From NCBI GenBank assembly GCA_938028625.1, contig CALIZB010000014.1, positions 7,044-71,043 on the forward strand: a stretch of DNA of 64,000 nucleotides, given 5' to 3'. Positions within the stretch are counted from its first letter, which is position 1; every line of letters starts with the position of its first letter. The notes below the pieces were generated by a model that did not search any database, was not told where the DNA came from, and saw nothing but the letters and a program-made list of their open reading frames with translations. The stretch comes from an uncultured Bacteroidia bacterium (lineage in GTDB: Bacteria; Bacteroidota; Bacteroidia; JANWVE01). The translations under genes were made by a program, and so were the position numbers. Below are positions 20,404-32,083 of the stretch, piece after piece.

Positions 20404-20433
20404 CAAAGATACACTGTTTTACTCAAAAGTCAA
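20404..20433 (-). promoter_or_regulatory. promoter of tRNA-Cys (TTG … 19 nt … TATCTTTG)
   Basis: Minus-strand TTG (plus coordinates 20431-20433) and TATCTTTG (20404-20411), about 15 nt upstream of the mature tRNA 5' end. Confidence 0.4.
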
Positions 20434-20481
20434 AAAAATCAGAAATAAATTTGCTTTCTATTAAGAAATATTCTTCAAAAC

Positions 20482-21510
20482 CTACTCTAAATGTTCAAGT
20501 AATGCACTAACAGGTATTTGCATAGCACAATTAAAGTGTTGTTTTGGACAAACTTTATGCCCATGTAAACCACAGGGACGACAAGACAAATCTTTTACTT
20601 CTACTACACGCGCAATATCCGATAATGGTGTAAAGCCAAATTCAGGTATGGTACTGCAAAAAATAGCGGTAACAGGGGCATTTACACCACTGGCAAAATG
20701 TAAAGGTGCAGAGTCATTGACATAAACCATTTTTGCATTTTTCATAAGTGCCGCACTCTCCAAAAAACTTAATTTTCCCGCTAGATTAACTATTTTTGTA
20801 TGTATAGTTTCATTTTTAATTTGTTCTATATGTTCGTAATCACTTTTTGCACCTAAAAGAAAAATAGTGTATTTATCAGGTACGAGATTAAAAAATTCTA
20901 TCCATTTATTTTTATGCCATTGTTTAGTATACCATACAGACGTAGGTGCGGCACAAATGTAATTATATGCTGTATGTTCTGCTATAATACTTTTTACTTT
21001 TTGAATATGTTTATCTGAAAGTTGCAATACAGGTCTGCGGGATATTTCCTTACAAAAAGGCTGAATGAGTGATAAATTTCTGTCTACTTCATGAACAACA
21101 ACTTGGCTTTTTTTATCTTGTATAATGTGTGACATTTTCATACTGAAAAATCTTGACATAGGATTTTTTACAAAACCAATAGTTTCTTTTGCACCACTGA
21201 GTACAGTAAGTATACCTGTGCTTAAAAACCTATGTAAGTTGATAATTTTATCATATTGTTCTTTTCTGAACTGACGAATAAGATGAAATAAGTTTTTAGT
21301 TTTACCTTGTTTTTTGTCCCATATCCATACCTTGTCAATATCATTGCGGTTTTGTACAAGTTCTTCATTACCTTTACGTACCAATACATGTATTTCAAGG
21401 TTAGAGTAGTTTTGTTTAAGCGTTTGTACCACAGGAAGCATCAATACTACATCACCGATAAAAGCTGTCTGAATAACTAAAACTTTGTGCATGATATATG
21501 AAAAACACAA
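20482..21510 (-). CDS. glycosyltransferase family 9 (LPS heptosyltransferase-like)
   Basis: 342 aa. N-terminal VLVIQTAFIGDVVLMLP and the overall GT9 pattern. Confidence 0.7.
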   Translation of the reverse strand: MCFSYIMHKVLVIQTAFIGDVVLMLPVVQTLKQNYSNLEIHVLVRKGNEELVQNRNDIDKVWIWDKKQGKTKNLFHLIRQFRKEQYDKIINLHRFLSTGILTVLSGAKETIGFVKNPMSRFFSMKMSHIIQDKKSQVVVHEVDRNLSLIQPFCKEISRRPVLQLSDKHIQKVKSIIAEHTAYNYICAAPTSVWYTKQWHKNKWIEFFNLVPDKYTIFLLGAKSDYEHIEQIKNETIHTKIVNLAGKLSFLESAALMKNAKMVYVNDSAPLHFASGVNAPVTAIFCSTIPEFGFTPLSDIARVVEVKDLSCRPCGLHGHKVCPKQHFNCAMQIPVSALLEHLE

Positions 21511-21628
21511 AAGTAGAAAAACTCATAAGAACACACTATTAGATTTATTTTTTTATAGCTTTTTACAAATTAATTTTAAGAATGGCACAATTATTGCTAG
21601 TTTTTATGCTCATGCCGTTAAAATAATT

Positions 21629-22987
21629 ATGAAACAATGTATCATTTATTACTTGCTCTTTGTTGTGATATATTCGTTAAATGCCCAAAATGTAGGTATC
21701 GGTATAGCCACACCTACACAAAAACTACATGTCTCTGACGGTACTTCACCCAATATAGCCACTATCAGAGTAAGCGGTTTAAGTAGCGCTACGGCACTGC
21801 CCGCAGGCACAGCACCATACAGAGTAGTAATGGTAGATGCCAATGGTGTAATGTACAGAGGAGGAAGTGCAGGTACAGGTAACCTTGATGCGTGGTATAC
21901 CACCGGTAACGCAGGCACTAGTGCCGTTACAAATTTTATAGGTACTTCTGATGCCACAGATTTTGTTACTCGTACAAATAACATAGAACGCATGCGGGTG
22001 ACTAGTACAGGCAATATAGGTATAGGTACAACAACCCCTTCCGCAAGATTGCATGTATTAACAGGAGATCTGTATGCAGGGCAAACCATTAGAGCTACTG
22101 CTCCATCAGATGGTATTAATGCAGGTGTCATTGAAACTTACAACCAATCCGATGGAACTTTATGGCATATTACACATCGTGCTAGTATGGGAAATAGTCT
22201 TGTATTTTGGCGATACAATGGTTCCTGGGCAGGTGTTTTATTCTTAGCTATGAACCAAGATGTAGGTATTGCCACCTATCCTAATGATAGATTTCATGTA
22301 GGTTATGGTGACGCTCGCATTGGAGAGTTAAACCCACCGGGTACAGGTACTTTCCCTGGCTTTGGTAGACGGTTGTATTTTTCAGGGGGACCCGCTCCTG
22401 GTCCCCTTAATAGCGAAAATACAGACCCAATATGGATGGCAAGATACAATAGAGGACAAGATAGTACAGAAATTCGCTTAAATCTCTCTGATAACTGCGG
22501 GCAATTAGCAGATGCTTTTGTTATTCAATCAGGCGGATACAGTTGTTCTGTTACGGATCAATTTAGGTTCGCTAGCAATGGACAAGCATATAAACCTGGA
22601 GGTGGTTTTTGGGCTGTAATATCTGACGCAAGATTAAAACAAAATGTACAACCATTTACCTTAGGTTTGAATGCACTCTTATCTGTTAAGCCTGTAACCT
22701 ATTCCTATAATGGTTTAGCAGGTACGCCTAATGGAGGCAAGGAATACGTGGGAGTTATTGCTCAGGACATTCAACAAACCTTACCTTTTATGGTAGAACC
22801 TTATCTCGGTAATTATCTTTCTGTAGATGGAAGTGCATTTACTTATATGCTTATTAATTCTGTCAAAGAACTTCATCAAAGAAATGTAAGTACTGAAAAA
22901 GAAAATCAGATTTTGAGAAATGAAATTGAACAGATGAAAAAAGATATTAGAGAACTAAAAGAAGCTATACAAACCGTTAAACACTAA
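21629..22987 (+). CDS. tail-fibre-like secreted protein with a C-terminal peptidase S74 intramolecular-chaperone domain and a coiled-coil tail
   Basis: Signal peptide MKQCIIYYLLFVVIYSLNAQ. Repeated GIG(I/T)xTPxxxLHV motifs. C-terminal SDARLKQNVQPF…LLSVKPVTYSYN… is the S74 chaperone signature. Start moved to the Met at 21629, 48 codons downstream of the track ORF start. Confidence 0.6.
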   Translation: MKQCIIYYLLFVVIYSLNAQNVGIGIATPTQKLHVSDGTSPNIATIRVSGLSSATALPAGTAPYRVVMVDANGVMYRGGSAGTGNLDAWYTTGNAGTSAVTNFIGTSDATDFVTRTNNIERMRVTSTGNIGIGTTTPSARLHVLTGDLYAGQTIRATAPSDGINAGVIETYNQSDGTLWHITHRASMGNSLVFWRYNGSWAGVLFLAMNQDVGIATYPNDRFHVGYGDARIGELNPPGTGTFPGFGRRLYFSGGPAPGPLNSENTDPIWMARYNRGQDSTEIRLNLSDNCGQLADAFVIQSGGYSCSVTDQFRFASNGQAYKPGGGFWAVISDARLKQNVQPFTLGLNALLSVKPVTYSYNGLAGTPNGGKEYVGVIAQDIQQTLPFMVEPYLGNYLSVDGSAFTYMLINSVKELHQRNVSTEKENQILRNEIEQMKKDIRELKEAIQTVKH

Positions 22988-23016
22988 AAATCAAAAACTG
23001 TAAAAACCAAACTTAA

Positions 23017-23050
23017 CCTATAAGGGCTTTTGACCTTATAGGTTTTTATT
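23017..23050. terminator. bidirectional rho-independent terminator
   Basis: CCTATAAGG-GCTTTTGA-CCTTATAGG hairpin followed by TTTTTATTTT. Sits between the convergent tail-fibre-like gene and the GT2 gene. Confidence 0.55.
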
Positions 23051-23990
23051 TTATAGTGTTCTCTTCAAAGATGTCTACTACAAAGTTTGGTCTGTTTCTA
23101 GTAGCATCTAAAGTGCGCCATACATATTCTCCGAGTATACCCAATGCTATCATCTGAAAAGAAGATACAAACAGTACCACCAGCATTAAACTTGTCCAAC
23201 CTGAAAGCTCAATTTTGTCCATAAGTTTGGCTACAAGCAAGAAAATACCATATAAAAGTGCTATTACTCCCAAAGACAAACCTGTAACCGAAATCATACG
23301 GATAGGAAAAAATGAAAAAGACACAAAAGAGTCTATAAACAACTTGATTTTTTTCTTTAATGTCCAACGAGATTTACCAATTTCGCGTTTTCTGCGGGTA
23401 TATGGGATATTCACGTATTCATAGTTCAGCCATGTCATGAGGTACAAAATATTCGTATTTTTTTCATTCATCTTGATAAGTTCTTCTCGAATAGCTTTGT
23501 CAAATAAAATGAGGTCAAAACCGCCTGTGGGTACATTTTTAAGCGCTAATTTTCGGATAAGATTATGGTAAGTATTGGCAAACAATTTCTGAAAAAAACT
23601 TTCCTCACGGTCTGTACGGTTAGCAATCACTAAACGAACACCCTTTTGCCAGTATTCAAACATCTGCGGAATGAGTTCAGGAGGGTCTTGTAGGTCTGCG
23701 GCTATAAATACATTACAATCTCCTGTGGCATAGTGCATGCCTGCTAAAATAGCATTATGAGAACCTACATTTCCTGCTAATTTAATAATTTTAATTTCTT
23801 TTTCAGGATACTTGTTCTTAAAGTTCTGCAAAGCCTGCCAAGTATTGTCTTTTGAACCGTCATCTACAAGAACATATTCTATTTGTGTGCCTTGCGGAAA
23901 ACGCACTTCATTTTCTAACAAAACTTCTGTGGTTATAGGAATGTTCTCTTCATTGTAGTAGCAAGGAATAATAATGCTGATTTTTGCCAT
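23046..23990 (-). CDS. glycosyltransferase family 2 (polyprenyl-phosphate sugar transferase-like, GtrB/ArnC-type) with C-terminal TM helices
   Basis: KISIIIPCYYNEENI…VDDGSKD… GT2 DXD region. Two C-terminal TM helices. Confidence 0.75.
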   Translation of the reverse strand: MAKISIIIPCYYNEENIPITTEVLLENEVRFPQGTQIEYVLVDDGSKDNTWQALQNFKNKYPEKEIKIIKLAGNVGSHNAILAGMHYATGDCNVFIAADLQDPPELIPQMFEYWQKGVRLVIANRTDREESFFQKLFANTYHNLIRKLALKNVPTGGFDLILFDKAIREELIKMNEKNTNILYLMTWLNYEYVNIPYTRRKREIGKSRWTLKKKIKLFIDSFVSFSFFPIRMISVTGLSLGVIALLYGIFLLVAKLMDKIELSGWTSLMLVVLFVSSFQMIALGILGEYVWRTLDATRNRPNFVVDIFEENTIK

Positions 23991-24001
23991 AGAAACAAAG
24001 T

Positions 24002-25108
24002 TTAGTTCTGAAAGAAATTTTTTATGGTATCACATACATATTGTATTTGATTTTGCGTCATGCCTACAAAAATAGGCAAACTTAAACAAGTATCTGCAAG
24101 TTCTTCTGCAATGGGAAAATCTCCTTTTTTATATCCTAAATGCTGATAACATTCTTGTAAGTGCGGTGGAATAGGATAATGAATAACTGTTTGTATGCCT
24201 TTTGTATGCAAGTATTCTTGTAAAGCATCTCTGTGCTTTGTACGAATAACAAACAAATGATAAATATGTGTGGCTTTTTCTGCGGTTATAGGGAGAATAA
24301 TATCACCTGTATTTTTAAGTTCATTAAGATAAATCTGAGCAATCTGGTTGCGCTCAGCGTTCCATTTATCTAAAAACTGTAATTTGATACGAAGTAAAGC
24401 GGCTTGAACTTCATCTAAACGAGAGTTTAAGCCAATTACTTCATTGTAATAGCGTTTTTGAGAACCGTAGTTACGCATTACACGGCATTTGTACGCAAGA
24501 GTATCGTTGTCAGTGGTAATAGCTCCTGCGTCACCCAGTGCCCCTAAATTTTTACTTGGATAAAAACTAGTAGCATTAACCTGCCCAAAACTTCCTGTTT
24601 TTTTACCGTTGTACATTGCACCTTGTCCTTGGGCATTATCTTCTACTACATAAAGATTGTGTTTATTAGCAACTTGCATGATGGCGTCCATTTCACAGGC
24701 TTGTCCGTATAGATGTACAGGTATAATCGCTTTGGTATTTGGAGTAATAGCTTGTTCTATGCGGTTAGGGTCAAGGTTGTAAGTATCAGGATTAGGTTCT
24801 ACAAAGATAGGTTTTGCGCCTACAAAAGAAATAGATAAAACCGTAGCAATATATGTATTTGAAGGTACAATTACCTCATCACCTTTGGTTATACCTTTTA
24901 TGCGTAAAGCGATATGCAAAGCATCTAACCCATTAGCTACACCAATACAGTGTTTTACTTTGTGAAATGCCGCATATTCTTGTTCAAATTGTTGTACTTG
25001 CTCACCAAGAATATACCAACCTTTATCAAAAACCTGTTCTAATGTCTTTATGGCTCTTTCACGAAACTGTGTATTACTGGGCGTAAAATCTACAAATGGG
25101 ACTTTCAT
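24002..25108 (-). CDS. DegT/DnrJ/EryC1/StrS-family PLP-dependent sugar aminotransferase
   Basis: Family-wide similarity (… GDEVIVPSNTYIAT … SFYPSKNLGALGDAG …). Start assigned to the MKVPFVDF Met; the track ORF adds 13 aa. Confidence 0.8.
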   Translation of the reverse strand: MKVPFVDFTPSNTQFRERAIKTLEQVFDKGWYILGEQVQQFEQEYAAFHKVKHCIGVANGLDALHIALRIKGITKGDEVIVPSNTYIATVLSISFVGAKPIFVEPNPDTYNLDPNRIEQAITPNTKAIIPVHLYGQACEMDAIMQVANKHNLYVVEDNAQGQGAMYNGKKTGSFGQVNATSFYPSKNLGALGDAGAITTDNDTLAYKCRVMRNYGSQKRYYNEVIGLNSRLDEVQAALLRIKLQFLDKWNAERNQIAQIYLNELKNTGDIILPITAEKATHIYHLFVIRTKHRDALQEYLHTKGIQTVIHYPIPPHLQECYQHLGYKKGDFPIAEELADTCLSLPIFVGMTQNQIQYVCDTIKNFFQN

Positions 25109-25113
25109 ATAAA

Positions 25114-26475
25114 CTATTTTAATTGCAAAAGTATAGAATTTGGGCAATAAAAGACAAACATTATTTCTATTGAAAACTCTAATTTACTTCCATCAGGATT
25201 AAAAATAGGGTGCTTTTCTGCATTTTTTGTATATGTGGTTATGGCACAATACAAGTATTCTTTTTGATACGGCGTAATTTCATATTCAGGGATTAAGTCA
25301 GCGATTAGTTTATATTTTCCTTTATGAAAAATTCTATCCCCTGGACACCACTTACGTATTTTTACAATACCTTCAAAAAAGTACTTTATTTCGTTTAGCT
25401 TAAATGTGTCAGAATAAATTAAAATATTTTCTCTTGGTATTTCGGATAAAACTGCTTGATTAGTATTTGTATAGTAACAGCGTATAGTTTCTTCTACCGC
25501 ATGTTTATTTAATGGAAATACCTGAATACTTTGTTTGTAACGTACTGCTTTGTGCGTTTGTGTAACCATTTCTTTACCTGTTGAAGTTTTGGGGTCAAAA
25601 AGATGTTTAAATTGGTCAAATTGTTTCATACCTATGCCCAAGCCTTCTGCAAAGTGCCAAGGTAAAACATCTTGTATATTTTGTGGATATTTGTACAGGG
25701 TAGTTAAGTCAATTATATGACATTCATCATATTGGGATACAACTTTTTGCCATATTTCACTCACATATGCGTATGCAAGCGTATTCAGGTCTTTTTGGTA
25801 CTTCATAGTATCTAATATAGCATTTTTAGCTTGTGGATAATGATTTTCTATAAATGGAACAAGATAATGCCGTATATGATTGCGTAAATAATCCTCTTTG
25901 AGATTAGAGCTATCTTCACGGTAGAGAATGCTATTTTCAAGAGCATATTCTTGTATTTCATTCCTAAAAACGTTTAGTAGCGGGCGGAGTATACCGTTTG
26001 AAGATAACTCGTCCATACCTGCTATACCTTGTGGACTTTTTCTAAATAATTTGACAAAAAACGTTTCTATATTATCATCTGCGTGGTGTGCGGTTACAAG
26101 ATAATCTATTTTATGTTCTTGCATGAGGGTAAAAAACCATTGATAACGTAACTTTCTTGCCAACATTTGAATAGATGTATCTTTCGTTTTTTCGTGTTCT
26201 TTTATTGTATCAAAACGTTGAATATGAATTTTTGAAGCCTCTAAACTATATTTTTTACACTGTTCAATTACAAATAACTCATCTTGATTAGATTCTTCAC
26301 CACGAAGTTGAAAATTCACATGAGCAACCTCAAAAGATAAATTCAATTTATTAAAAATATCTAAAACCACCATAGAGTCTATTCCACCGCTTACAGCAAG
26401 AAGAAATTTTTGTTTTTCAAAGAGTTGAGTATTCCTCTCAATACTCTCTTGAACTTTTTTTAATAAAAAAGACAT
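25114..26475 (-). CDS. tilS: tRNA(Ile)-lysidine synthetase
   Basis: PP-loop LLAVSGGIDSMVV and the TilS architecture. Confidence 0.8.
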   Translation of the reverse strand: MSFLLKKVQESIERNTQLFEKQKFLLAVSGGIDSMVVLDIFNKLNLSFEVAHVNFQLRGEESNQDELFVIEQCKKYSLEASKIHIQRFDTIKEHEKTKDTSIQMLARKLRYQWFFTLMQEHKIDYLVTAHHADDNIETFFVKLFRKSPQGIAGMDELSSNGILRPLLNVFRNEIQEYALENSILYREDSSNLKEDYLRNHIRHYLVPFIENHYPQAKNAILDTMKYQKDLNTLAYAYVSEIWQKVVSQYDECHIIDLTTLYKYPQNIQDVLPWHFAEGLGIGMKQFDQFKHLFDPKTSTGKEMVTQTHKAVRYKQSIQVFPLNKHAVEETIRCYYTNTNQAVLSEIPRENILIYSDTFKLNEIKYFFEGIVKIRKWCPGDRIFHKGKYKLIADLIPEYEITPYQKEYLYCAITTYTKNAEKHPIFNPDGSKLEFSIEIMFVFYCPNSILLQLK

Positions 26476-26538
26476 AATTATTTCAAAATTTCTCTTGCAA
26501 TGTAAAAAATGTTTTTTACCTTTGTAATACCTATAAGT

Positions 26539-28053
26539 ATGAAAAAGTCCATTTATTTACTTGCTCTCTTGTTATTAAGCGGTGCAATGTATGCACAGCA
26601 ACTTCTGCCTTTTGTTCCTGGTAAAGAGTACCAAAACAAAGCGGTAAAAAGAGTTCCTTATCCAAAAAGTCCAGTCTTACAACAAACTACCAAAGGTGCG
26701 GCAAAAACCACCTTGTTAAATGAACGTTGGTACAATTATGTAGAAGCCTCTCAAGCTGCAAATAGCACTTCTGGTCTTTCTAGCCCATTCATTAACTACA
26801 TGTTCCCTGACTCTACTATTCAAGCACAGTTTGGTAGTACAGTAGGAGACCCTTTTGTTCACGGCTATGCTTTAATGCTTGACCCTGGTGCTGACGTATT
26901 TGGTAATAGCCTTGTTCCAGGCTACAATGACCTGACCATATTAAGAAGTGGTACCTCTACCTCAGGAAAATACAGCTACATCCTTGACTCTCTTGATATA
27001 CCCTACTTTTATCAACGACCTGCTTCTATGCCTACATCTATTGCAGACACTGTAATTATTCAAATTATTCCTTGCACTCGTTATAGAGCTGCAGGTGCTG
27101 TTCCCGGTGCAATAGCTATGAGTGGACAAGGGGGAGGTAGCGCACAGTCATGGAGTACTTACTACTTTCATGGGGCTTCCTTCTTAACTAATTTTGGAGA
27201 AGATACCGTATATTTTACTTCCATAGGTTTTAACCAAAATACTTGGAGAGTTCCTGTGGGCACAGCTCCAAACAGGGTATACAAAATACCTTTAGGCATC
27301 TCTGATACTACAAACGGGGCATTAGGTAAATCTATCAAATTAGCTATGGCAAGCCAAGGATATACTACTCCTTACGCTATACCTGGTACCAAAGTGGGCT
27401 CAGACAGTTCCAGTAAAAACCTTCTGATTTTCATGTATTACAAACCTGGTCAATCATGGGGTCTCACCGACATGCTTGATGTAAATATCAGTAATGCTAC
27501 TCGCAGCGTATTCTCACCACTCTACATAGAAGAAAACGGTGATGATACTTATCCCCTCTATGATGGTAATACCTTTTTATCTGAACGTCCTCATGCGGGT
27601 TTTGTAAAAGGATATAACATCAGCTATATGCTACCCAGCATTGTCCGTTACAAAGTTGGTAGTGGCTGGGGTGCTTATGGCATCATGATACCTCATGTAG
27701 CGTATACTCAACCTTATGCTTTTGAGTATCCTTTATGGTATGCAAAAATACGTGGTACAGGCACTCCTACTTCTATAAATGTAAATAGCTCTAATGATGT
27801 TGTATTAGGCCAGGCATATCCTAATCCTACTCGTACAGAAATTAACATTCCTTATGCTCTAAATAACTCTACACCCGTAGAAATCACTATTACTAACATG
27901 ATGGGACAGACTGTAAATACAGTAGCTAACCAAACTGTAAGTGCAGGCAAGTATGTAACTACCGTAGATGTATCTACACTTCCTGCGGGAATGTATTTCT
28001 ATACAGTAAAAACTAATAATGGTGTTCAAACCAGCAAGTTTGTAGTAGAATAA
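26539..28053 (+). CDS. secreted hypothetical protein with a T9SS C-terminal sorting domain
   Basis: Signal peptide MKKSIYLLALLLLSGAMYAQQ. C-terminal AYPNPTRTEINIPY … GMYFYTVKTNNGVQTSKFVV T9SS CTD. Confidence 0.6.
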   Translation: MKKSIYLLALLLLSGAMYAQQLLPFVPGKEYQNKAVKRVPYPKSPVLQQTTKGAAKTTLLNERWYNYVEASQAANSTSGLSSPFINYMFPDSTIQAQFGSTVGDPFVHGYALMLDPGADVFGNSLVPGYNDLTILRSGTSTSGKYSYILDSLDIPYFYQRPASMPTSIADTVIIQIIPCTRYRAAGAVPGAIAMSGQGGGSAQSWSTYYFHGASFLTNFGEDTVYFTSIGFNQNTWRVPVGTAPNRVYKIPLGISDTTNGALGKSIKLAMASQGYTTPYAIPGTKVGSDSSSKNLLIFMYYKPGQSWGLTDMLDVNISNATRSVFSPLYIEENGDDTYPLYDGNTFLSERPHAGFVKGYNISYMLPSIVRYKVGSGWGAYGIMIPHVAYTQPYAFEYPLWYAKIRGTGTPTSINVNSSNDVVLGQAYPNPTRTEINIPYALNNSTPVEITITNMMGQTVNTVANQTVSAGKYVTTVDVSTLPAGMYFYTVKTNNGVQTSKFVVE

Positions 28054-28075
28054 AATAAGAGCTAAAAATAAAGTA

Positions 28076-28113
28076 AAAACAGCCGTAGTTTTATACTATG
28101 GCTGTTTTTTTAT
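28076..28113. terminator. bidirectional rho-independent terminator
   Basis: ACAGCCGTAG / CTATGGCTGT hairpin flanked by an A-run and a T-run. Sits between convergent genes. Confidence 0.55.
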
Positions 28114-28140
28114 GAAAAGTTTATAGATTTGGGTTATTTT

Positions 28141-29775
<1,635 letters not shown>

Positions 29776-29779
<4 letters not shown>

Positions 29780-30996
29780 AATTTATCGGACAGAATTTTA
29801 GGTTTAACTTCAATTTTAGGTTTCTTTTTGTTGGATTTGTTTTTGGTCGCGTCATTGTTGGGGAGATTGTTGGGTGTCTGGTTAGTTGTATCCTCTTTTT
29901 TTCGTTTGTGTTTTCGTTTTGTTTTTTTGTTGTTTTTTTTGTCTATATTACTTTGCCCTACTACATCTACAAAATCTATGGGTTTTTCGGTATCGGTATT
30001 GGGTTCAAGCAAACTTTCTATAACAATACCTTGTGCTTGCATTTCGAGCAACTGTTTTACCCGCTCCACAGGAACAGCATACCAACTGTTGTCTGCTTTT
30101 ATGCTGAACCACAGTACTTTTTTGAATATATCAGTTTTTTCATAAAAAGCCTCTCCCTTAACCGTCTGAATAGGTTTCTCTATTTTGGGAATAGTAGTCA
30201 AAGATTCAAGATACAAGTCTAATTCATAATTCAGACAGCATTTTAACCTGCCGCATTGTCCTGAGAGGCGTGTAGAATTAAGCGAAATAAACTGTTGCTT
30301 GGCGGCATTTACATTGACGGATTTAAAGTCGGTTAGCCATGTACTGCAACATAATTCTCTGCCACAAGAACCTATTCCTCCTAGTTTTGCGGCTTCTTGC
30401 CGTAGTCCAATCTGACGCATTTCTATACGAATTTTGAACTCATCTGCCAATATTTTAATTAATTCTCTGAAATCCACGCGGTTGTCTGCGGTGTAATAAA
30501 AAATAGCTTTGGTTTTATCCCCCTGAAATTCCACTTCTGAGAGTTTCATTTCTAAACCTTGTTCTTTAATAATCTGGCGGGTACGATACAGCATTCCGCT
30601 TTCTTTATCCCGGGCTTCCTGTAGTTTTTGCAGTTCCTGTGCATTGGCTTTGCGGTATATTTTTTTAGCAGTGTATTTTTCTAACTGTATTTTTCTTTTT
30701 TGCATCTGAAGACGCACTAATTCTCCTGATAGAGAAACCTGACCAATGTCATATCCTCCGCTTTCGCTTTCTACGACTACCCAGTCGCCTGTAACAATAT
30801 CTAGATGATGTATGTTTTCGTAGAAATCTTTTCGGTCAGCCTTAAATCTTACCTCGTGGATATTAAAGGGAACAGTATCTTCCAGACCAATTAACCAGTT
30901 ATAGGTATTGAGTTTATTACAACTGTTGCACCCACCCGCGCTGCACGAGTTACACCCACCTGTACCGCAGGATTTATTACATGAATGACATGCCAT
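29776..30996 (-). CDS. PSP1 C-terminal-domain protein (RicT/YaaT-like) with an N-terminal Cys-rich tandem motif and a Lys-rich tail
   Basis: PSP1 core (…GSCGRELCCSTWL…GQCGRLKCCLNYE…). N-terminus MACHSCNKSCGTGGCNSCSAGGCNSCNK. Confidence 0.75.
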
Positions 30997-31005
30997 AAGC
31001 CTGCT

Positions 31006-31995
31006 TTATTTTGCGTTTACGGTGATGTTCAGTTCCTCTTTGAACGGTTTGCGTGCTGTTAAGCCCAGAATATCAAACATTTTTTTGTCCTCGTTGTATT
31101 CAGGGTTTGGCGTAGTAAGCAGTTTGTCTCCTGCAAAGATAGAATTTGCCCCTGCCATAAAACACAGTGCTTGCGCTTCCATACTCATACGCACTCTACC
31201 TGCACTTAACCGTACCATAGATTTGGGCATGAGTATTCTTGCCGTAGCAATCATGCGTACCATATCAAAGGTATCTACTAACGGTTGGTTTTCTAGTGGT
31301 GTGCCTTCTACGGGGACAAGTGCATTAACCGGTACGCTTTCAGGGTGTTCGGGTAAAGTAGCCAAAGTATAGAGCATATCAATTCTGTCTTCTTCGCTTT
31401 CACCTAAGCCAATAATTCCCCCACTGCATACAGAAATTCCTGAATTACGGATATGTTTTAGTGTTTCTAACCTATGCTGATAGGTACGCGTAGTGATGAT
31501 ATTGGAATAATGGTTTTCTGAAGTGTCTAAATTATGGTTGTAGGCATACAGACCTGCGTCTTTGAGTTTTTGTGCTTGTTCTTCGGTAAGCATGCCTAAT
31601 GTACAACAAACTTCCATGTCCAATTTATTGATGTGTTTTACCATTTCTAATACTTTGTCAAAGTCTGCATTATCTTTTACTTCTCTCCATGCTGCGCCCA
31701 TACAAAACCGTGTAGAACCTGCTTCTTTGGCTTTTTTTGCAGACTCAATAACTTCGTCTACTTCCATCAGTTTATGTACTGTAACGTCTGTATGATACCG
31801 TGCCGCCTGTGGACAGTAAGCACAGTCTTCAGGACAACCCCCTGTTTTTATGCTTAACAAGGTACATACTTGTACTTCATTCGGAGTTTGATATTTTCTG
31901 TGTATCTCGGCTGCACGAAATACTAATTCCAATAATGGTGTATGATATATTTGGGCAATTTCTGATTTAGTCCAGTCATTTCTAATCTCTTTCAT
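31006..31995 (-). CDS. bioB: biotin synthase
   Basis: Radical [13 protein letters not shown] and BioB-specific downstream Cys and motifs. Confidence 0.9.
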   Translation of the reverse strand: MKEIRNDWTKSEIAQIYHTPLLELVFRAAEIHRKYQTPNEVQVCTLLSIKTGGCPEDCAYCPQAARYHTDVTVHKLMEVDEVIESAKKAKEAGSTRFCMGAAWREVKDNADFDKVLEMVKHINKLDMEVCCTLGMLTEEQAQKLKDAGLYAYNHNLDTSENHYSNIITTRTYQHRLETLKHIRNSGISVCSGGIIGLGESEEDRIDMLYTLATLPEHPESVPVNALVPVEGTPLENQPLVDTFDMVRMIATARILMPKSMVRLSAGRVRMSMEAQALCFMAGANSIFAGDKLLTTPNPEYNEDKKMFDILGLTARKPFKEELNITVNAK

Positions 31996-32083
31996 ATTGT
32001 ATAATCGTTAGAAGTGTATAATACAGCAAAAGTAGTAAAAATCTATGTATGTATAACGAAGTAAAAAGAATTTTTATAGGGGT

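Noticed and set aside
20318-21510. tRNA-Cys as an integration hotspot or genomic island boundary
   Set aside because: No integrase, direct repeat of the tRNA 3' end, or compositional shift flanks the tRNA. Neighbours are ordinary chromosomal genes.
21629-22987. Prophage remnant inferred from the tail-fibre-like gene
   Set aside because: No other phage genes are present. Flanking genes are LPS glycosyltransferases and tilS. Reported instead as a host tail-fibre-like surface protein.
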